Numbered from the stretch's first letter, positions 30,720 through 41,954 are shown. The stretch is DNA of 64,000 bases from an uncultured Alphaproteobacteria bacterium (GCA_947053455.1 CAMRSV010000002.1:32001-96000), one strand, 5' to 3'. Program-made: numbers and translations. The notes: generated from the letters alone by a model not told the origin.

Positions 30720-31463
30720 ATGTTCAATAAATTAAGAATGAAAATGGCCGCGCGTCGTGTAAAGCGTCAAAATGAACGCCGTGCCAAGAAAAAGGCCCAA
30801 AACAGCCAAATCGCAACGAAACATTGTGGCATTGGGGCATTGTGGATGCGTATCTGCAAAATCGATTTTATTGGTTTACTGAATCTGGCGTTGTTGTTGG
30901 TAATCATCGCGATTTTCTCTGTGCTGATTATTGATAATTTGAATTGCCACCGGCCGCGATTGATTGTGGCTGAAAAAAACACGCCGAATATGGAATACAA
31001 TATTACTAATACCCGGAAACCACAAAAAACACCGGCGCCTACTATGCGCACGGTTAAACCGCGTTCACAGACAAAATCACTGCCGATACTTCGCGATGCC
31101 ACGACACGCATGTATACGACTGAACCTGTAAATATTGTTCCCGTAAAAAAGGACGCCGTTATTGAACAACAGACGGTACGAAACAATAAAAATATTTATG
31201 GCGACACAATTATTGATGGTCGCGGCACAGCGCATATTTTACGCACAGGCGATACGGTCAACGGTAACCTATATTTACAAAACATGCGTAAATATACACT
31301 GCCTTGCGGGGTTACGATTCGCGGCAATTTGTTTCTGCGTGACCTAAATTTGCTGCAGTTTTGCGGGGAATTCACAGTTACTGGGAATATTTATGTAAGT
31401 CCGCGTTCATCGTTCGGACCTCTGCCGCGAACCGCACACATTGGCGGCCATCTGATATTCTAA
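30720..31463 (+). CDS. membrane-anchored hypothetical protein with C-terminal beta-helix-like repeats
   Basis: Basic N-terminus, TM, repeated (V/I)xGNL(Y/F) units; TTGACA promoter upstream. Confidence 0.75.
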   Translation: MFNKLRMKMAARRVKRQNERRAKKKAQNSQIATKHCGIGALWMRICKIDFIGLLNLALLLVIIAIFSVLIIDNLNCHRPRLIVAEKNTPNMEYNITNTRKPQKTPAPTMRTVKPRSQTKSLPILRDATTRMYTTEPVNIVPVKKDAVIEQQTVRNNKNIYGDTIIDGRGTAHILRTGDTVNGNLYLQNMRKYTLPCGVTIRGNLFLRDLNLLQFCGEFTVTGNIYVSPRSSFGPLPRTAHIGGHLIF

Positions 31464-31570
31464 TATTGCTTCTGTTAGGCTCAAAAGACCGTGCACATGT
31501 ACGGTCTTTTTTAATGGATTTGAAAAATTTGATATGTTATAATTCCCAATATCCAAACAAAGGGAAACAA

Positions 31571-31825
31571 ATGAAAACTTTTGATAAAATATTGAATGTA
31601 TTAACACGTAATATCGGATACACGATTGTACTGGTCGTGGCGATAATCCTGTTTGTATATTTTTCAAATGGCCTGATTGAAGGGGCAATTACTGCCCTGT
31701 CCGCATTAGTGGGTTATGCGTGCATATTGCAACTGCATCGCGATTATAAGCGTGCCAATGCACCACGTGCCGTACCGGCGAAAAAAGCAGCCACTAAAAA
31801 GACCCCGGCAAAAAAGAAAAAATAA
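31571..31825 (+). CDS. small two-TM membrane protein with Lys-rich tail
   Basis: AGGGA RBS, hydrophobic hairpin. Confidence 0.7.
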   Translation: MKTFDKILNVLTRNIGYTIVLVVAIILFVYFSNGLIEGAITALSALVGYACILQLHRDYKRANAPRAVPAKKAATKKTPAKKKK

Positions 31826-31902
31826 TAACATTTGTAATAAACTAAAAATCCCCACATATTGCGGGGATTTTTATTATCATTACGAAACAATTAATTAAAT
31901 TT

Positions 31903-32232
31903 TTATTTTGTTTCCGTATTCGGAACCACAGGTTGCGCGGCATCTGCGTTTTCCTGCATAATTATTTCCTGGCGCAGCTCACTTTGATTACGGGACATAT
32001 CGGACTTGGACGATACCAGCGCCAGCGCCGCGCACAATATAAAGAATATTGTCGCCAACCATGCCGTCGCCCGCGTTAAGAAATTACCAGCCGCCGCACC
32101 TGTCAAGGCACCCCCAAACATTGATGCCGCCGCCGAGCCGGACATGCCGGAGCCTTCGGACTTCTGTAATAAAATCAATCCAATCATAAAGATTGCAACA
32201 ATTACCAACAATACTAACAAAATTGAAAACAT
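31903..32232 (-). CDS. secG: preprotein translocase subunit SecG
   Basis: ILLQKSEG, Gly-rich loop, NFLTRATAWLA. Confidence 0.92.
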   Translation of the reverse strand: MFSILLVLLVIVAIFMIGLILLQKSEGSGMSGSAAASMFGGALTGAAAGNFLTRATAWLATIFFILCAALALVSSKSDMSRNQSELRQEIIMQENADAAQPVVPNTETK

Positions 32233-32263
32233 ATTTTTTCCTTATTTAAATTATGACTTGATT

Positions 32264-32911
32264 TTATATGTCACCATCTGAAATTGCAAGTTTTTTCAAC
32301 AGTGCACCCGCGGCATTTATACTGGCTCCCTTTTTGGATGAACCGCGCCCCGTGGCCGATTTGTCCATGGCGGACACCCGGACTTCAAATACCGGACTGT
32401 GTGATGCGCCATGGGGCGCCATATATTCATATTCCGGTAATTTTCCGTTCCAGTTCTTTTGAACAAATTCTTGCAGTGCGCTTTTTGCATCCTTTGGGGC
32501 AACCGCGTCCCGCGCCGCCAATGGCCGCCACAGGTCGGCGATAACTGTTGCCGCCGCCTCAAATCCGCCGTCTAGATAAATGGCACCAAACACGGCCTCC
32601 ATCGCGTTAGCCAAAATATGATTAATGCGCCCACCAGTAATATGCCCATGATGCAGATAATCGGGAACCCCCAATTTCCTTGCAACATCGGCCAACGTTA
32701 TCGTTGACACCAAAACGGAATGACGCCGCGCCAGGTCACCTTCAGGTTCGGTGGGAAACATATCAAACAGCATTCGCGCCACCGTTAACCCCAACACCCG
32801 GTCACCCAGAAATTCCAAACGTTCATTGTTATGCGCGGCGTCAGCTCCACTCTGCGTCATAGCCAATTCCAGCAACTGCGCATTTTTGAATGTGTAATTT
32901 AGTTTATCCAT
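32264..32911 (-). CDS. rnc: ribonuclease III
   Basis: NERLEFLGD, EAVFGAIYLDGG, dsRBD. Confidence 0.96.
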   Translation of the reverse strand: MDKLNYTFKNAQLLELAMTQSGADAAHNNERLEFLGDRVLGLTVARMLFDMFPTEPEGDLARRHSVLVSTITLADVARKLGVPDYLHHGHITGGRINHILANAMEAVFGAIYLDGGFEAAATVIADLWRPLAARDAVAPKDAKSALQEFVQKNWNGKLPEYEYMAPHGASHSPVFEVRVSAMDKSATGRGSSKKGASINAAGALLKKLAISDGDI

Positions 32912-33028
32912 CTTTTATTTCTTTTTTTAATCGCATTAAATTATATTAGATGATTGGAAGTGTTTGGAAAATCCATAGTGCACAAATGATACATCAGGGA
33001 CACCAAACACGACAAGCATCAATAGAAT

Positions 33029-33907
33029 TTAATGTACCCCCAGGCCTATGCGCGACCAACGTATCTTCTTGCCCCATGACCACACGGCCAACATTGGTGA
33101 ATAATAGTTGTGCGAATACCAAACGAACCACACCCGCCCCAGAACATTATCACGCGGTACAAAACCTATTTCGGCACGGCTATCGGCGCTGTTGTCGCGA
33201 TTATCACCCATGAAAAAGAAATGGTTTTCCGGCACAGTGTATACCGGCGTATCGTCAAAACGTGCATCGTCGGCGTATTCAATTATGCTGTGGGTAACGC
33301 CGTTCGGCAAAGTTTCGGTGTATTCAGTCACATTGAATACGCCGCACGCACCTTCATACATGCGACAGAACTTATCATCCTTGTATTCAATTGTATATCC
33401 GAAATCAGCCGGTTTATTGTCGACCCATATTTCATTTCCGCGCACAACCATGTTGTCACGATAATATCCAACGCTGCGAATAGATTTCGGCAATGTCGCA
33501 ACCACATATGGCCGCGGATTGTCACGCGGTACAATTTCACCATTTATATACAACCGACCGCCAATCATCTGAATGGTGTCGCCGGGCTTACCAATCAAAC
33601 GTTTAACAAAATCCTGGGATTCGTTGACGGGATTACGGAAAACAATAACATCGCCGATTTTGGGTTCTGTTGCAAAAAAGCGTCCGTTCCACAATTTCCA
33701 CGAACCAAACGGGAAAGAATAACGTGAATAACCATATGACCACTTGGTGACAAAAATGTGATCGCCAACATTTAACGTCGGTATCATTGACCCAGACGGA
33801 ATATTAAACGGTTCCAACAGAAAGCTTCTGAAAATAATAGCGATAAGCACGCCGTAAAATATTGTGTTAAACCATTCGCGTGATGTATTTGTTTTTTTTG
33901 CTGGCAT
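33029..33907 (-). CDS. lepB: signal peptidase I
   Basis: IPSGSMIPTL, FVKRLIG, MGDNRDNSADSR. Confidence 0.96.
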   Translation of the reverse strand: MPAKKTNTSREWFNTIFYGVLIAIIFRSFLLEPFNIPSGSMIPTLNVGDHIFVTKWSYGYSRYSFPFGSWKLWNGRFFATEPKIGDVIVFRNPVNESQDFVKRLIGKPGDTIQMIGGRLYINGEIVPRDNPRPYVVATLPKSIRSVGYYRDNMVVRGNEIWVDNKPADFGYTIEYKDDKFCRMYEGACGVFNVTEYTETLPNGVTHSIIEYADDARFDDTPVYTVPENHFFFMGDNRDNSADSRAEIGFVPRDNVLGRVWFVWYSHNYYSPMLAVWSWGKKIRWSRIGLGVH

Positions 33908-33976
33908 TTTTATTCCTTTCTTTACGCGCTTATTTTAGAACTTGAATTGATTCAGCGCAAGTTTTAATATGCAATT

Positions 33977-35497
33977 ATGATTTCTTTGAGTTCAATAATA
34001 TTCAGCGGCATGGATGCCATACAGATTGATGTTCAGGTTCAATTGGCATCGGGTCTATCAAAACCAGAATTTAATATAATCGGCCTGGCTGATCGTGCGG
34101 TTAAAGAATCCGCGGAAAGAATACGAAACGTACTATCGGCGCTAAATTTGGCGTTACCGCCAAAACGTCTGACGGTGAATCTGTCGCCGGCCGACGTTGA
34201 AAAATCGGGTTCACATTTTGATTTACCGATATTGTGCGGAATTTTATGCGCCATTGGTGTTTTACCCGAAGAAAAACTATCACAATACATGATACTGGGG
34301 GAAATCGGGCTGGACGGTGCAATTGTCAAAACAGATGGAATACTGCCCGCTGCCGTGTGGGCTGCGAAACACAATATGGGCATAATATGTCCCGCCGCCC
34401 AAGGGGCAGAGGCAGCCCTGTCGCATAATAACGACATTCTGGCAGCGGCGCATGTTATGGAATTGATAAACCATTTTAACGGAACGCAGATTTTACGCGC
34501 CCCGGCAATCCATACACCGGCACAAAATGCCGCAACAAACATTGGTGATATGGCCGATGTTCACGGTCAAACAGCGGCCAAACGCGCGCTTGAAATCGCG
34601 GCGGCGGGCGGGCATGCAATGCTAATGATTGGACCGCCGGGGTCCGGAAAAACGATGTTGGCATCTAGATTGCCCACAATATTGCCAGAAATGACGACGG
34701 ATGAAATTCTAGAAACATCAACAATATATTCAATCGCAGGGAAAATGGAAAACAATGCGCTGATTTCAACGCGACCATTTCGTGCGGTACACCATACGGC
34801 CAGCGCGCCCGCACTAGCCGGTGGAGGCTCAAATGCGCGACCGGGCGAAATATCATTGGCGCACAATGGTGTGCTCTTTCTAGATGAATTGCCAGAATTT
34901 AATCGGACGACTTTGGAAATCCTGCGCCAGCCGATGGAATCTGGTCACATAACAATTTCACGCGCGCGACAAAATGCAAAATATCCCGCCCGGTTTCAGC
35001 TAATCGCTGCAATGAATCCATGCCCGTGCGGACATTTGGGAAACACGGCACTGGCGTGTTCGCGTGCCCCCAGATGCGCCGAGGCATATCAAAATAAAAT
35101 CTCTGGACCATTACTGGATAGAATAGATTTGCATGTTGATGTAGATGCCGTAAACCCATGGGAAATGAAAAATAACGATGATACCCCACGCGAAAGCAGC
35201 GAAGATATTCGCAAACGCGTTGTTGCCGCACGCCGTCGCCAAATAGAACGCCAGGGATGCGTCAATGCGCGACTGGACGGGCCGGAATTGGAACGCGCGG
35301 CGCCATTATCAACAGAATTGACAGATTTTTTAAACAACGCCGCGGAACGTATGGGTATGTCTGCACGTGGATATAATCGGGTAAAACGAATTGCGCGTAC
35401 AATTGCCGATTTGCGTGGGTCTGAAAACATTGAAATAACGGATTTGGCCGAAGCTCTGTCATACCGCCAAATCGGCCGCGGTAAATTTTCAGCCTAG
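33977..35497 (+). CDS. comM: YifB/ComM Mg-chelatase-like AAA ATPase
   Basis: VNLSPAD, GPPGSGKT, PGEISLAHNGVLFLDE, NPCPCG. Confidence 0.93.
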   Translation: MISLSSIIFSGMDAIQIDVQVQLASGLSKPEFNIIGLADRAVKESAERIRNVLSALNLALPPKRLTVNLSPADVEKSGSHFDLPILCGILCAIGVLPEEKLSQYMILGEIGLDGAIVKTDGILPAAVWAAKHNMGIICPAAQGAEAALSHNNDILAAAHVMELINHFNGTQILRAPAIHTPAQNAATNIGDMADVHGQTAAKRALEIAAAGGHAMLMIGPPGSGKTMLASRLPTILPEMTTDEILETSTIYSIAGKMENNALISTRPFRAVHHTASAPALAGGGSNARPGEISLAHNGVLFLDELPEFNRTTLEILRQPMESGHITISRARQNAKYPARFQLIAAMNPCPCGHLGNTALACSRAPRCAEAYQNKISGPLLDRIDLHVDVDAVNPWEMKNNDDTPRESSEDIRKRVVAARRRQIERQGCVNARLDGPELERAAPLSTELTDFLNNAAERMGMSARGYNRVKRIARTIADLRGSENIEITDLAEALSYRQIGRGKFSA

Positions 35498-35647
35498 AGT
35501 AATAATTATATTTAATTGCTTTTTACGTGTATTTATGATCATGAACAAAGTCAATAATTATCGCCATTTTTGCCGAAACCTATGGACATATAACATGTCA
35601 AAGAAATAAAAAACGGGGCTCAATGCCCCGTTTGCATAAATACATTT

Positions 35648-36889
35648 TTATTTTGCGAATGAATATTCCATCTTCAAATGGTTCGGATTATATGTTCCGT
35701 TCATTATCGCAATCGTATCTTCGACAATAACCAATTCTTCGTCCGTCGGAATCATCAAAACCTTGACCCGGCTGTCGTCCGTACTGATAACAGATTCACC
35801 GGCCCCCTTGAATGCGACCGCGGCCTCGTTACGTATGGAGTCGATTTTTATGCCCAGTTCCTCTAATCCGGAACAAAATTCTTCGCGCAGGCACGGATTG
35901 TTTTCACCAACCCCCGCGGTAAAGATTATCGCATCCGTATGTCCCAATTCCGCCATGTATGCACCAATGTATTTTTTGACATTGTGCGCTTCCATCTCTA
36001 TCGCCAGGCGACATTTATCATCCGCCCCCCTATGTTCCAAAACATCACGACGGTCAACAAAGCATTCGGTCAGCCCCAGAAGCCCCGAATTCTTGTTCAA
36101 ATGCGTTTGCATTTGATCCGGCGTCAGGTTTAAGCGCTTCATCACATACAGCACAACCCCCGGGTCCAAATCACCCGGCCGCGTTCCCATCGTCAAACCA
36201 GACAGCGGCGTCATCCCCAATGACGTATCAACCGACACGCCGCCGCGAATTGCGGTGGCAGACGCACCCGAGCCAATATGCAACGTGATGAAATTACATT
36301 CATCCGCCGGCCGCCCCAGCATGGCCGCCGCACGTTTTGATACATACAGATGGCTGGTTCCGTGAAACCCGTAACGACGAACCCCCAATTCACGATACCA
36401 TGCGGCCGGCACCGCATATCTATACGCCGCATCCGGCATTGTCTGATGAAATGCGGTGTCAAAAACGGCAACCTGTTTTGCATTCGGCAACAACTGCTTT
36501 GCCGTAACAATCCCCAGCAATGCCGACGGATTATGCAATGGCGCCAGCGGCGACAATTCATCAATTGTCTTTATTACCTCGTCTGTAATTTCAACCGACG
36601 ACGCAAATTTATCGCCCCCCATAACAACGCGGTGCCCTACACCCTTTATATCGTTCAGGTCAATTGACGCCTCGCGCAGCATGAACAGAACGACATTCAA
36701 CGCCTCGTCATGATTCTTCATAACGGTTTCTTTTCGCTGTTTCGTGCCGTCGGGATATTTTTGCGTTATAAACGAATCCGGCAGCCCGATTTTTTCAACG
36801 TTCCCGCCAACCACAACACGTCTGGTGTCGGCGTCAAATACCTGATATTTTAATGAAGATGAACCACAGTTCAGTGCAAGTATGTACAT
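35648..36889 (-). CDS. ackA: acetate kinase
   Basis: NCGSSSLK, GHRVV, APLHNP, RYGFHGTSH, PTDEE. Confidence 0.96.
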   Translation of the reverse strand: MYILALNCGSSSLKYQVFDADTRRVVVGGNVEKIGLPDSFITQKYPDGTKQRKETVMKNHDEALNVVLFMLREASIDLNDIKGVGHRVVMGGDKFASSVEITDEVIKTIDELSPLAPLHNPSALLGIVTAKQLLPNAKQVAVFDTAFHQTMPDAAYRYAVPAAWYRELGVRRYGFHGTSHLYVSKRAAAMLGRPADECNFITLHIGSGASATAIRGGVSVDTSLGMTPLSGLTMGTRPGDLDPGVVLYVMKRLNLTPDQMQTHLNKNSGLLGLTECFVDRRDVLEHRGADDKCRLAIEMEAHNVKKYIGAYMAELGHTDAIIFTAGVGENNPCLREEFCSGLEELGIKIDSIRNEAAVAFKGAGESVISTDDSRVKVLMIPTDEELVIVEDTIAIMNGTYNPNHLKMEYSFAK

Positions 36890-36946
36890 TATGCCTTCCC
36901 TTTTATTTAATCACAGGGTTTAGCATAGCAGAACAGATGACGCGTT

Positions 36947-37531
36947 TCAATAACAAACTCGGAATTGTATGTACCAATCATCGTATTCTATATCGGTCGG
37001 GACGCCAGTGGCGCGATGATAAACCCAATATTTCTGCTCGCCGCACATAAACACCGCATGCAGGCCGTCGTATTTCACAAATGTGTTGATGCCCGGCGCG
37101 CCATGCGCCCCCAACCCGAACGCATGCACTTTTTCATCCACAGAATATCCCGCCGACGGGTTTTTGCAAATCAGACACACATCAGCAAAAATTGCGGGTT
37201 TGTTTATTTCTTCAAAAACGCATTCAAACAGCGTTGTACCGTATAATTCTATAATCGGGCTGGTTGCAATATTGAATGACGCCCCGCCGCCAAATTGTGA
37301 AAACTTATCGGCCCAGAATTCATCCGGCACAGAATTAATATCAAAACCATCGCCGGCATCTGGAATATCCGGAATTGCGTCCGCGCGCGCCAATGCAAAT
37401 CCTCCCAGGGTTTCTCCATCATGCACGCGCAGTGTTTTGGTATCGGTATCAAACGATATTTCGCCTGCCAGCCCGGTAAAGTTATCATTTTGCGCGGTGG
37501 TGCCGCGGCGAATTTGTAAAACTCGTGACAT
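36947..37531 (-). CDS. protein with phage tail-fibre N-terminal (Mtd/hyaluronidase-like) domain
   Basis: LQIRRGTTA..FTG..GE..DTD..LRVHDG..GG pattern. Confidence 0.7.
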   Translation of the reverse strand: MSRVLQIRRGTTAQNDNFTGLAGEISFDTDTKTLRVHDGETLGGFALARADAIPDIPDAGDGFDINSVPDEFWADKFSQFGGGASFNIATSPIIELYGTTLFECVFEEINKPAIFADVCLICKNPSAGYSVDEKVHAFGLGAHGAPGINTFVKYDGLHAVFMCGEQKYWVYHRATGVPTDIEYDDWYIQFRVCY

Positions 37532-37641
37532 TAAAAAATCCTTATGTTAAAAAAATGTTTGGAAAATAAAAACACCGCCAGTTGGCGGTGTTGTAATATT
37601 TATATTATATCATAAATTCACAAAAAAAGCAATAATATTTA

Positions 37642-40011
37642 TTATGCGTCCCGCCCGCCGCCATACGACGCCATATAATCATTGAACAATTTCTCCTTAT
37701 AAGGCTTCTTAATAGGTTTCCCCTTGTTGTCAATTTTGCCGGTTTCCGCGTCCGCATCAAATGCCTTCTGCTTGCCCTTTGCACTGCCCAGCGCCCATGA
37801 ATACATTGGGCCGGTATGTGTATTGCGCCCTGTTTCCAAGAAATCCCAGAACGCCATAAGTTCCATATACTGGTTTTTATGGTTATCATCCCACGATTTT
37901 AGCTTTTTATCACGCTGTGCAATTTGCGCATCCAGCATCTTTACAGATTCTTTGGCATTATTCCATTCGTTTATACGCAGTTCCTTTAGATGGCGTTCGG
38001 CATCAAGGCGCTGCTGGCGTTCATTTATTTTTTCAATCGCACGCACATATGCGTTTGTGCGCTTTCCATCCGCCAATGTTTCAACACGCGCATCACGCCT
38101 TGCACTTTGCAACTTGCGTTCCAAACGCAACACTTGATTTTCCGCGTCCGCGCGTTCTGCGTCGGACAAACTCGGGTCGCGGGAATATTCACGCGCGTTA
38201 TGCAATTGTTCTTCTATGTGCCGAATGCGTTCCGGGGCATTTTGTGCCGCCATAATCACATTTTGGCGCCGATTATCCAGACCGGCCACCATGTTATTTT
38301 CCGCCGCCAATTCGGCACGCTTTTCCGATATGCTTTCTTCATTCAAGCCAAATGCGGCATCCGTATTGTCCAATGTTTCCTGGAGAATTGCGCGCATGGC
38401 AACATTATCATCATACGCATTTTGCATTTTATTACGCGCAGATTCATTTTGTGCCACCTTCTCCATCCAGGCATCATCTAGCACATCAGATTTATTATTA
38501 AACTTTGACCCGCTGAGCCGTATCATATTTCCAACAATTGTCACGCCATATCCGACACCAATCATTGCGGTTTTTATACTGCGATCCAATGCGGTCATTA
38601 TAAATTTTACACCGTCGTTTTTATTCCAAGACAAATTCTTGTCCGAAAATATCGTTAAATCCGTCTTGCCCAGCGCATCCATTATCTTGCTGGTGGTGTA
38701 ACCATATTTTATAACGGACAAAACCTCCATCGCGGTTTTTGCCTCGTTCATTTTGCCGTCGCGTACCGCCTTTAGGATAATTTCCTGAACCAATGCGCGC
38801 ATTTGCGTGCCATTTTTCAAAGCACCCGCAAACGCCTTGGGCATTGTGTTTTTCAGTTCAGTCAAGGTGTCTGTAAACCACTTGAACTGTTTTGCCGCGT
38901 TGGTAGATTTTCCTTTTAACTTGTCCGATATGGCCGATGCCGACGACAGAACCTTTTCCAAACCATCCGTCGGCTTTATTTTTTCCTTGTCTAACGCCTT
39001 TACAATCAGCTTTGCCGCCGGCGAGAAATACATTCGGTCGCCATGCAGCTTGACGTATTTATCCAGATAATTTTCAAATGTAGTGTCCCACCATTCAGAT
39101 ATGCGCTGCGGCATGCTTAATTCGTCTTCGCGCTTTGGCGGGATATAAGCTTCGGATTCTTTGTTATTATAATCAACGCGTTCTTTCGCCTCATTCAGCG
39201 TTTTTGAAATCTTGCTGCTGTCATTGGCGGAAAATGCCTCGAACGCATCTTTATTAGTGTACAACTCCTTTAGCAAGTCGGAGTAGATACCCTTAAACTC
39301 TCTTAATTTAGACGGATTGATTTGTTTATTTTCAAATTCAGACGAAATAACACTAAAATCTGGGACACTACCAATTATCTGGCGAACATTTTCTTCGGTT
39401 TGTGCATCATATTCCAATTGCCCACAGATTTGTTGTACGCGCGCTTTAAATTTGGGGTCTTTGTTGTATTTCTTATCATTTAGCCCGTCCAGCAAATCTT
39501 TATACGAAAAATCATCATTGATAAGATTGTGTTGACGCAACAGATATTCCAGACGCGGCTTGCTTTGCAGCAATTTGATCAATTCTGCAATTTTTGCCTC
39601 GGCCGCGGCGGTGGCAACAGCATATGAAAACAATTGCCCGTCGGAACCAAAATATTGGTTCAAGAACTTGTTCGCCTTTTCAACATATTTGAAACTTTTC
39701 TTGTTGGCGTCCATTTGCCGGAAAGTGTCTTGAAACGCCTTGAACAGTTTATCCCATTCTTCATCCGACAATTCAAAATCGCCACCCAGTTCTTCCGGGT
39801 CAGGCAAAGATTTACGAACATATAGCTTATTGTTTTTTACATATTTGCCATCCGCGTCTTTTTCCAGCAGATTATTCGCCCAATCTTTTCTGTTACCGAC
39901 CAGTTCGCCCTTGTCAACATATTCGCAAAACTGAACAAATTGCTCTATCGGCATACGCTGGAAAATCAGCCGCCGATAGTATTCCAATAAAAATTCGTCC
40001 ATTTTTGCCAT
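37642..40011 (-). CDS. large hypothetical protein with coiled-coil C-terminal part
   Basis: 789-aa uninterrupted ORF; no recognised motif. Confidence 0.8.
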   Translation of the reverse strand: MAKMDEFLLEYYRRLIFQRMPIEQFVQFCEYVDKGELVGNRKDWANNLLEKDADGKYVKNNKLYVRKSLPDPEELGGDFELSDEEWDKLFKAFQDTFRQMDANKKSFKYVEKANKFLNQYFGSDGQLFSYAVATAAAEAKIAELIKLLQSKPRLEYLLRQHNLINDDFSYKDLLDGLNDKKYNKDPKFKARVQQICGQLEYDAQTEENVRQIIGSVPDFSVISSEFENKQINPSKLREFKGIYSDLLKELYTNKDAFEAFSANDSSKISKTLNEAKERVDYNNKESEAYIPPKREDELSMPQRISEWWDTTFENYLDKYVKLHGDRMYFSPAAKLIVKALDKEKIKPTDGLEKVLSSASAISDKLKGKSTNAAKQFKWFTDTLTELKNTMPKAFAGALKNGTQMRALVQEIILKAVRDGKMNEAKTAMEVLSVIKYGYTTSKIMDALGKTDLTIFSDKNLSWNKNDGVKFIMTALDRSIKTAMIGVGYGVTIVGNMIRLSGSKFNNKSDVLDDAWMEKVAQNESARNKMQNAYDDNVAMRAILQETLDNTDAAFGLNEESISEKRAELAAENNMVAGLDNRRQNVIMAAQNAPERIRHIEEQLHNAREYSRDPSLSDAERADAENQVLRLERKLQSARRDARVETLADGKRTNAYVRAIEKINERQQRLDAERHLKELRINEWNNAKESVKMLDAQIAQRDKKLKSWDDNHKNQYMELMAFWDFLETGRNTHTGPMYSWALGSAKGKQKAFDADAETGKIDNKGKPIKKPYKEKLFNDYMASYGGGRDA

Positions 40012-40194
40012 GATGCGCCTTTACATATCATGCATAATTATACTATTTTTTTAGAAAAAATTCAACTTTTTAGGCTCATTTATCGCGATAATATCGCAAA
40101 TATTCTGGTATAACGGATAATTAGACAGGGCAAGCCATTGATATGGGACGCGGTTCCTGTGGAATAAACACAATGCCCGGCGTAAAATGACCAC

Positions 40195-40863
40195 ATGGCC
40201 ATAAAACTACGCGATGTATTGCTAAAATCCATACCATACCTGTTGTCTATCGCAGGCGGCGTTGTGTTATTTACCCTGACACAGGATAACATAAAAAGCC
40301 CCAGTATGGCAGATTTGATAAATAATATCGCCGCATCATTATTATCGATTCCGCTGGTGTTTTTGCTGTATGATTATTCAAATTCCCGTATTTCAAAGCG
40401 CCTGACGCAAACAATGGCGCAGAATATGGCGGACAAGGTTAATCTATTGATGATGAACTTAACAATACTTATGCGACATATCGCCGACATGCGCGGAAAA
40501 TTAACATTGGAATCAATTAATAGGATGGACGAGCTGACCCCAAGCCATATTGCAAAAAACATGAAAATCGGCAAAGACGAAATGGCAAACCTGCGCAAAT
40601 ACCGCGATGAATTGGATGATTTGATATATAAATACGGCCGTGCAAACATAATATCAATCGACCGCGTTCAGGAACTGTCTGCAATGGCACGCGATTTGTC
40701 CCATTTAATAAACGAGCATAAATTTTATTCAAACCGTAAAATAACCGCAAAATATATAATAAATATAATAACCCGTATAACAGATTGGCTGGACACGGAC
40801 GCGGAAATGGCACTGCATTTCCAGCAATTATTGCAACAAGGCGCAATCGGCGAAGAAAAATAA
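40195..40863 (+). CDS. hypothetical membrane protein
   Basis: 222-aa ORF with two N-terminal TMs. Confidence 0.75.
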   Translation: MAIKLRDVLLKSIPYLLSIAGGVVLFTLTQDNIKSPSMADLINNIAASLLSIPLVFLLYDYSNSRISKRLTQTMAQNMADKVNLLMMNLTILMRHIADMRGKLTLESINRMDELTPSHIAKNMKIGKDEMANLRKYRDELDDLIYKYGRANIISIDRVQELSAMARDLSHLINEHKFYSNRKITAKYIINIITRITDWLDTDAEMALHFQQLLQQGAIGEEK

Positions 40864-40963
40864 ATAAAAACGTGTATTTTTTCTTGATTTTTATAATTTA
40901 ATATGTCAAAATCTAGCCCGAACCACGGAAAAAGAACCATGTGTTCTTATTCCCGAGGCCAAA

Positions 40964-41039
40964 GGGGACATAGCTCAGTTGGTAGAGCAAATGACTTTTA
41001 ATCATTGGGTCCAGGGTTCGAGTCCCTGTGTCCCCACCA
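40964..41039 (+). tRNA. tRNA-Lys(TTT)
   Basis: GGGGACA...TGTCCCC-A-CCA cloverleaf; anticodon loop CT-TTT-AA. Confidence 0.97.
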
Positions 41040-41152
41040 AAAATTCAACCGCCGCATAGCGGTTTAATTTTTTGGTGCGTGCCGGAAATAAAATCTGTTG
41101 AAAAGAACCAAATGTCCGCCATAATCCAAAAGGATATAATGGAGCTAATAAA

Positions 41153-41830
41153 ATGGATAGACTGGCCAGAATAAAAATGCTGTTTGGCGACGAGGCAATT
41201 AAAAAATTGCAGAGCTCATCCGTTATGATTGTCGGATGCGGTGCGGTTGGTTCCTTTGCAATTGAGGCATTGGCACGTTGTGGCGTCAATCACCTTATAC
41301 TTATTGATTTTGATAAAATAGAGGAATCAAACATAAACCGACAACTATTCGCACTGTCGTCCACAATTGGCAAGCCAAAGGTTGATGTGGCCGCGGCGCG
41401 CATATGCGACATAAATCCGGCGGCGCATGTTGATGCACTGAATATTTTTTTTGACGCGGAAACAAAATTGGATGCGCATCCCGACTTTGTAATTGATGCC
41501 ATTGATTCCGTACCGTCCAAAATCGCCCTATACAAATGGTGCACAGCGCAACAGATTCCATTCGCCGCCAGCATGGGCGCCGCGCGCAAAACAGATATTG
41601 GACAAATAAAAATCTCTAGCATTTCCCGCACCACCGTATGCCCATTGGCGGCAAAAATACGCCGATTGTCGCGCGAAAGTGGCCTGCCCGATTTTCCGGT
41701 GGTTTATTCAACCGAGATTCCCACCGGCCAATTGTCAGCCAACCGCACATTCGGTTCAATCGTTACAGTGACGGGAACATTTGGGCTAATGCTGGCCAAT
41801 TATGCGATTGATAATATTATTGCAAAATAG
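41153..41830 (+). CDS. tcdA: tRNA threonylcarbamoyladenosine dehydratase (ThiF/MoeB family)
   Basis: GCGAVGS, SNINRQ, DAID, SMGAA, CPLA, VVYSTE. Confidence 0.88.
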   Translation: MDRLARIKMLFGDEAIKKLQSSSVMIVGCGAVGSFAIEALARCGVNHLILIDFDKIEESNINRQLFALSSTIGKPKVDVAAARICDINPAAHVDALNIFFDAETKLDAHPDFVIDAIDSVPSKIALYKWCTAQQIPFAASMGAARKTDIGQIKISSISRTTVCPLAAKIRRLSRESGLPDFPVVYSTEIPTGQLSANRTFGSIVTVTGTFGLMLANYAIDNIIAK

Positions 41831-41954
41831 TCTAATATTTCTCATTTATCATCTAGGGATTCCTTCCTGTGTATTTGCTGCAAAAAGACAGGTATAATTA
41901 TTTTGTCTTATCTCAAAGACAACTTTTATTAAACCTTGAAAGGAGAAAAAACAG

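Noticed and set aside
36947-37531. Diversity-generating retroelement suggested by the Mtd-like domain
   Set aside because: No reverse transcriptase or template/variable repeat pair seen in the window.
40120-40195. Riboswitch upstream of the 40195 gene (GGGCA...TGCCC closing stem)
   Set aside because: No match to aptamer consensus sequences I know and only weak pairing.
40964-41830. tRNA-Lys(UUU) next to tcdA, a plausible enzyme-substrate pair
   Set aside because: Could be coincidental; a terminator-like hairpin and a promoter-like sequence separate them.
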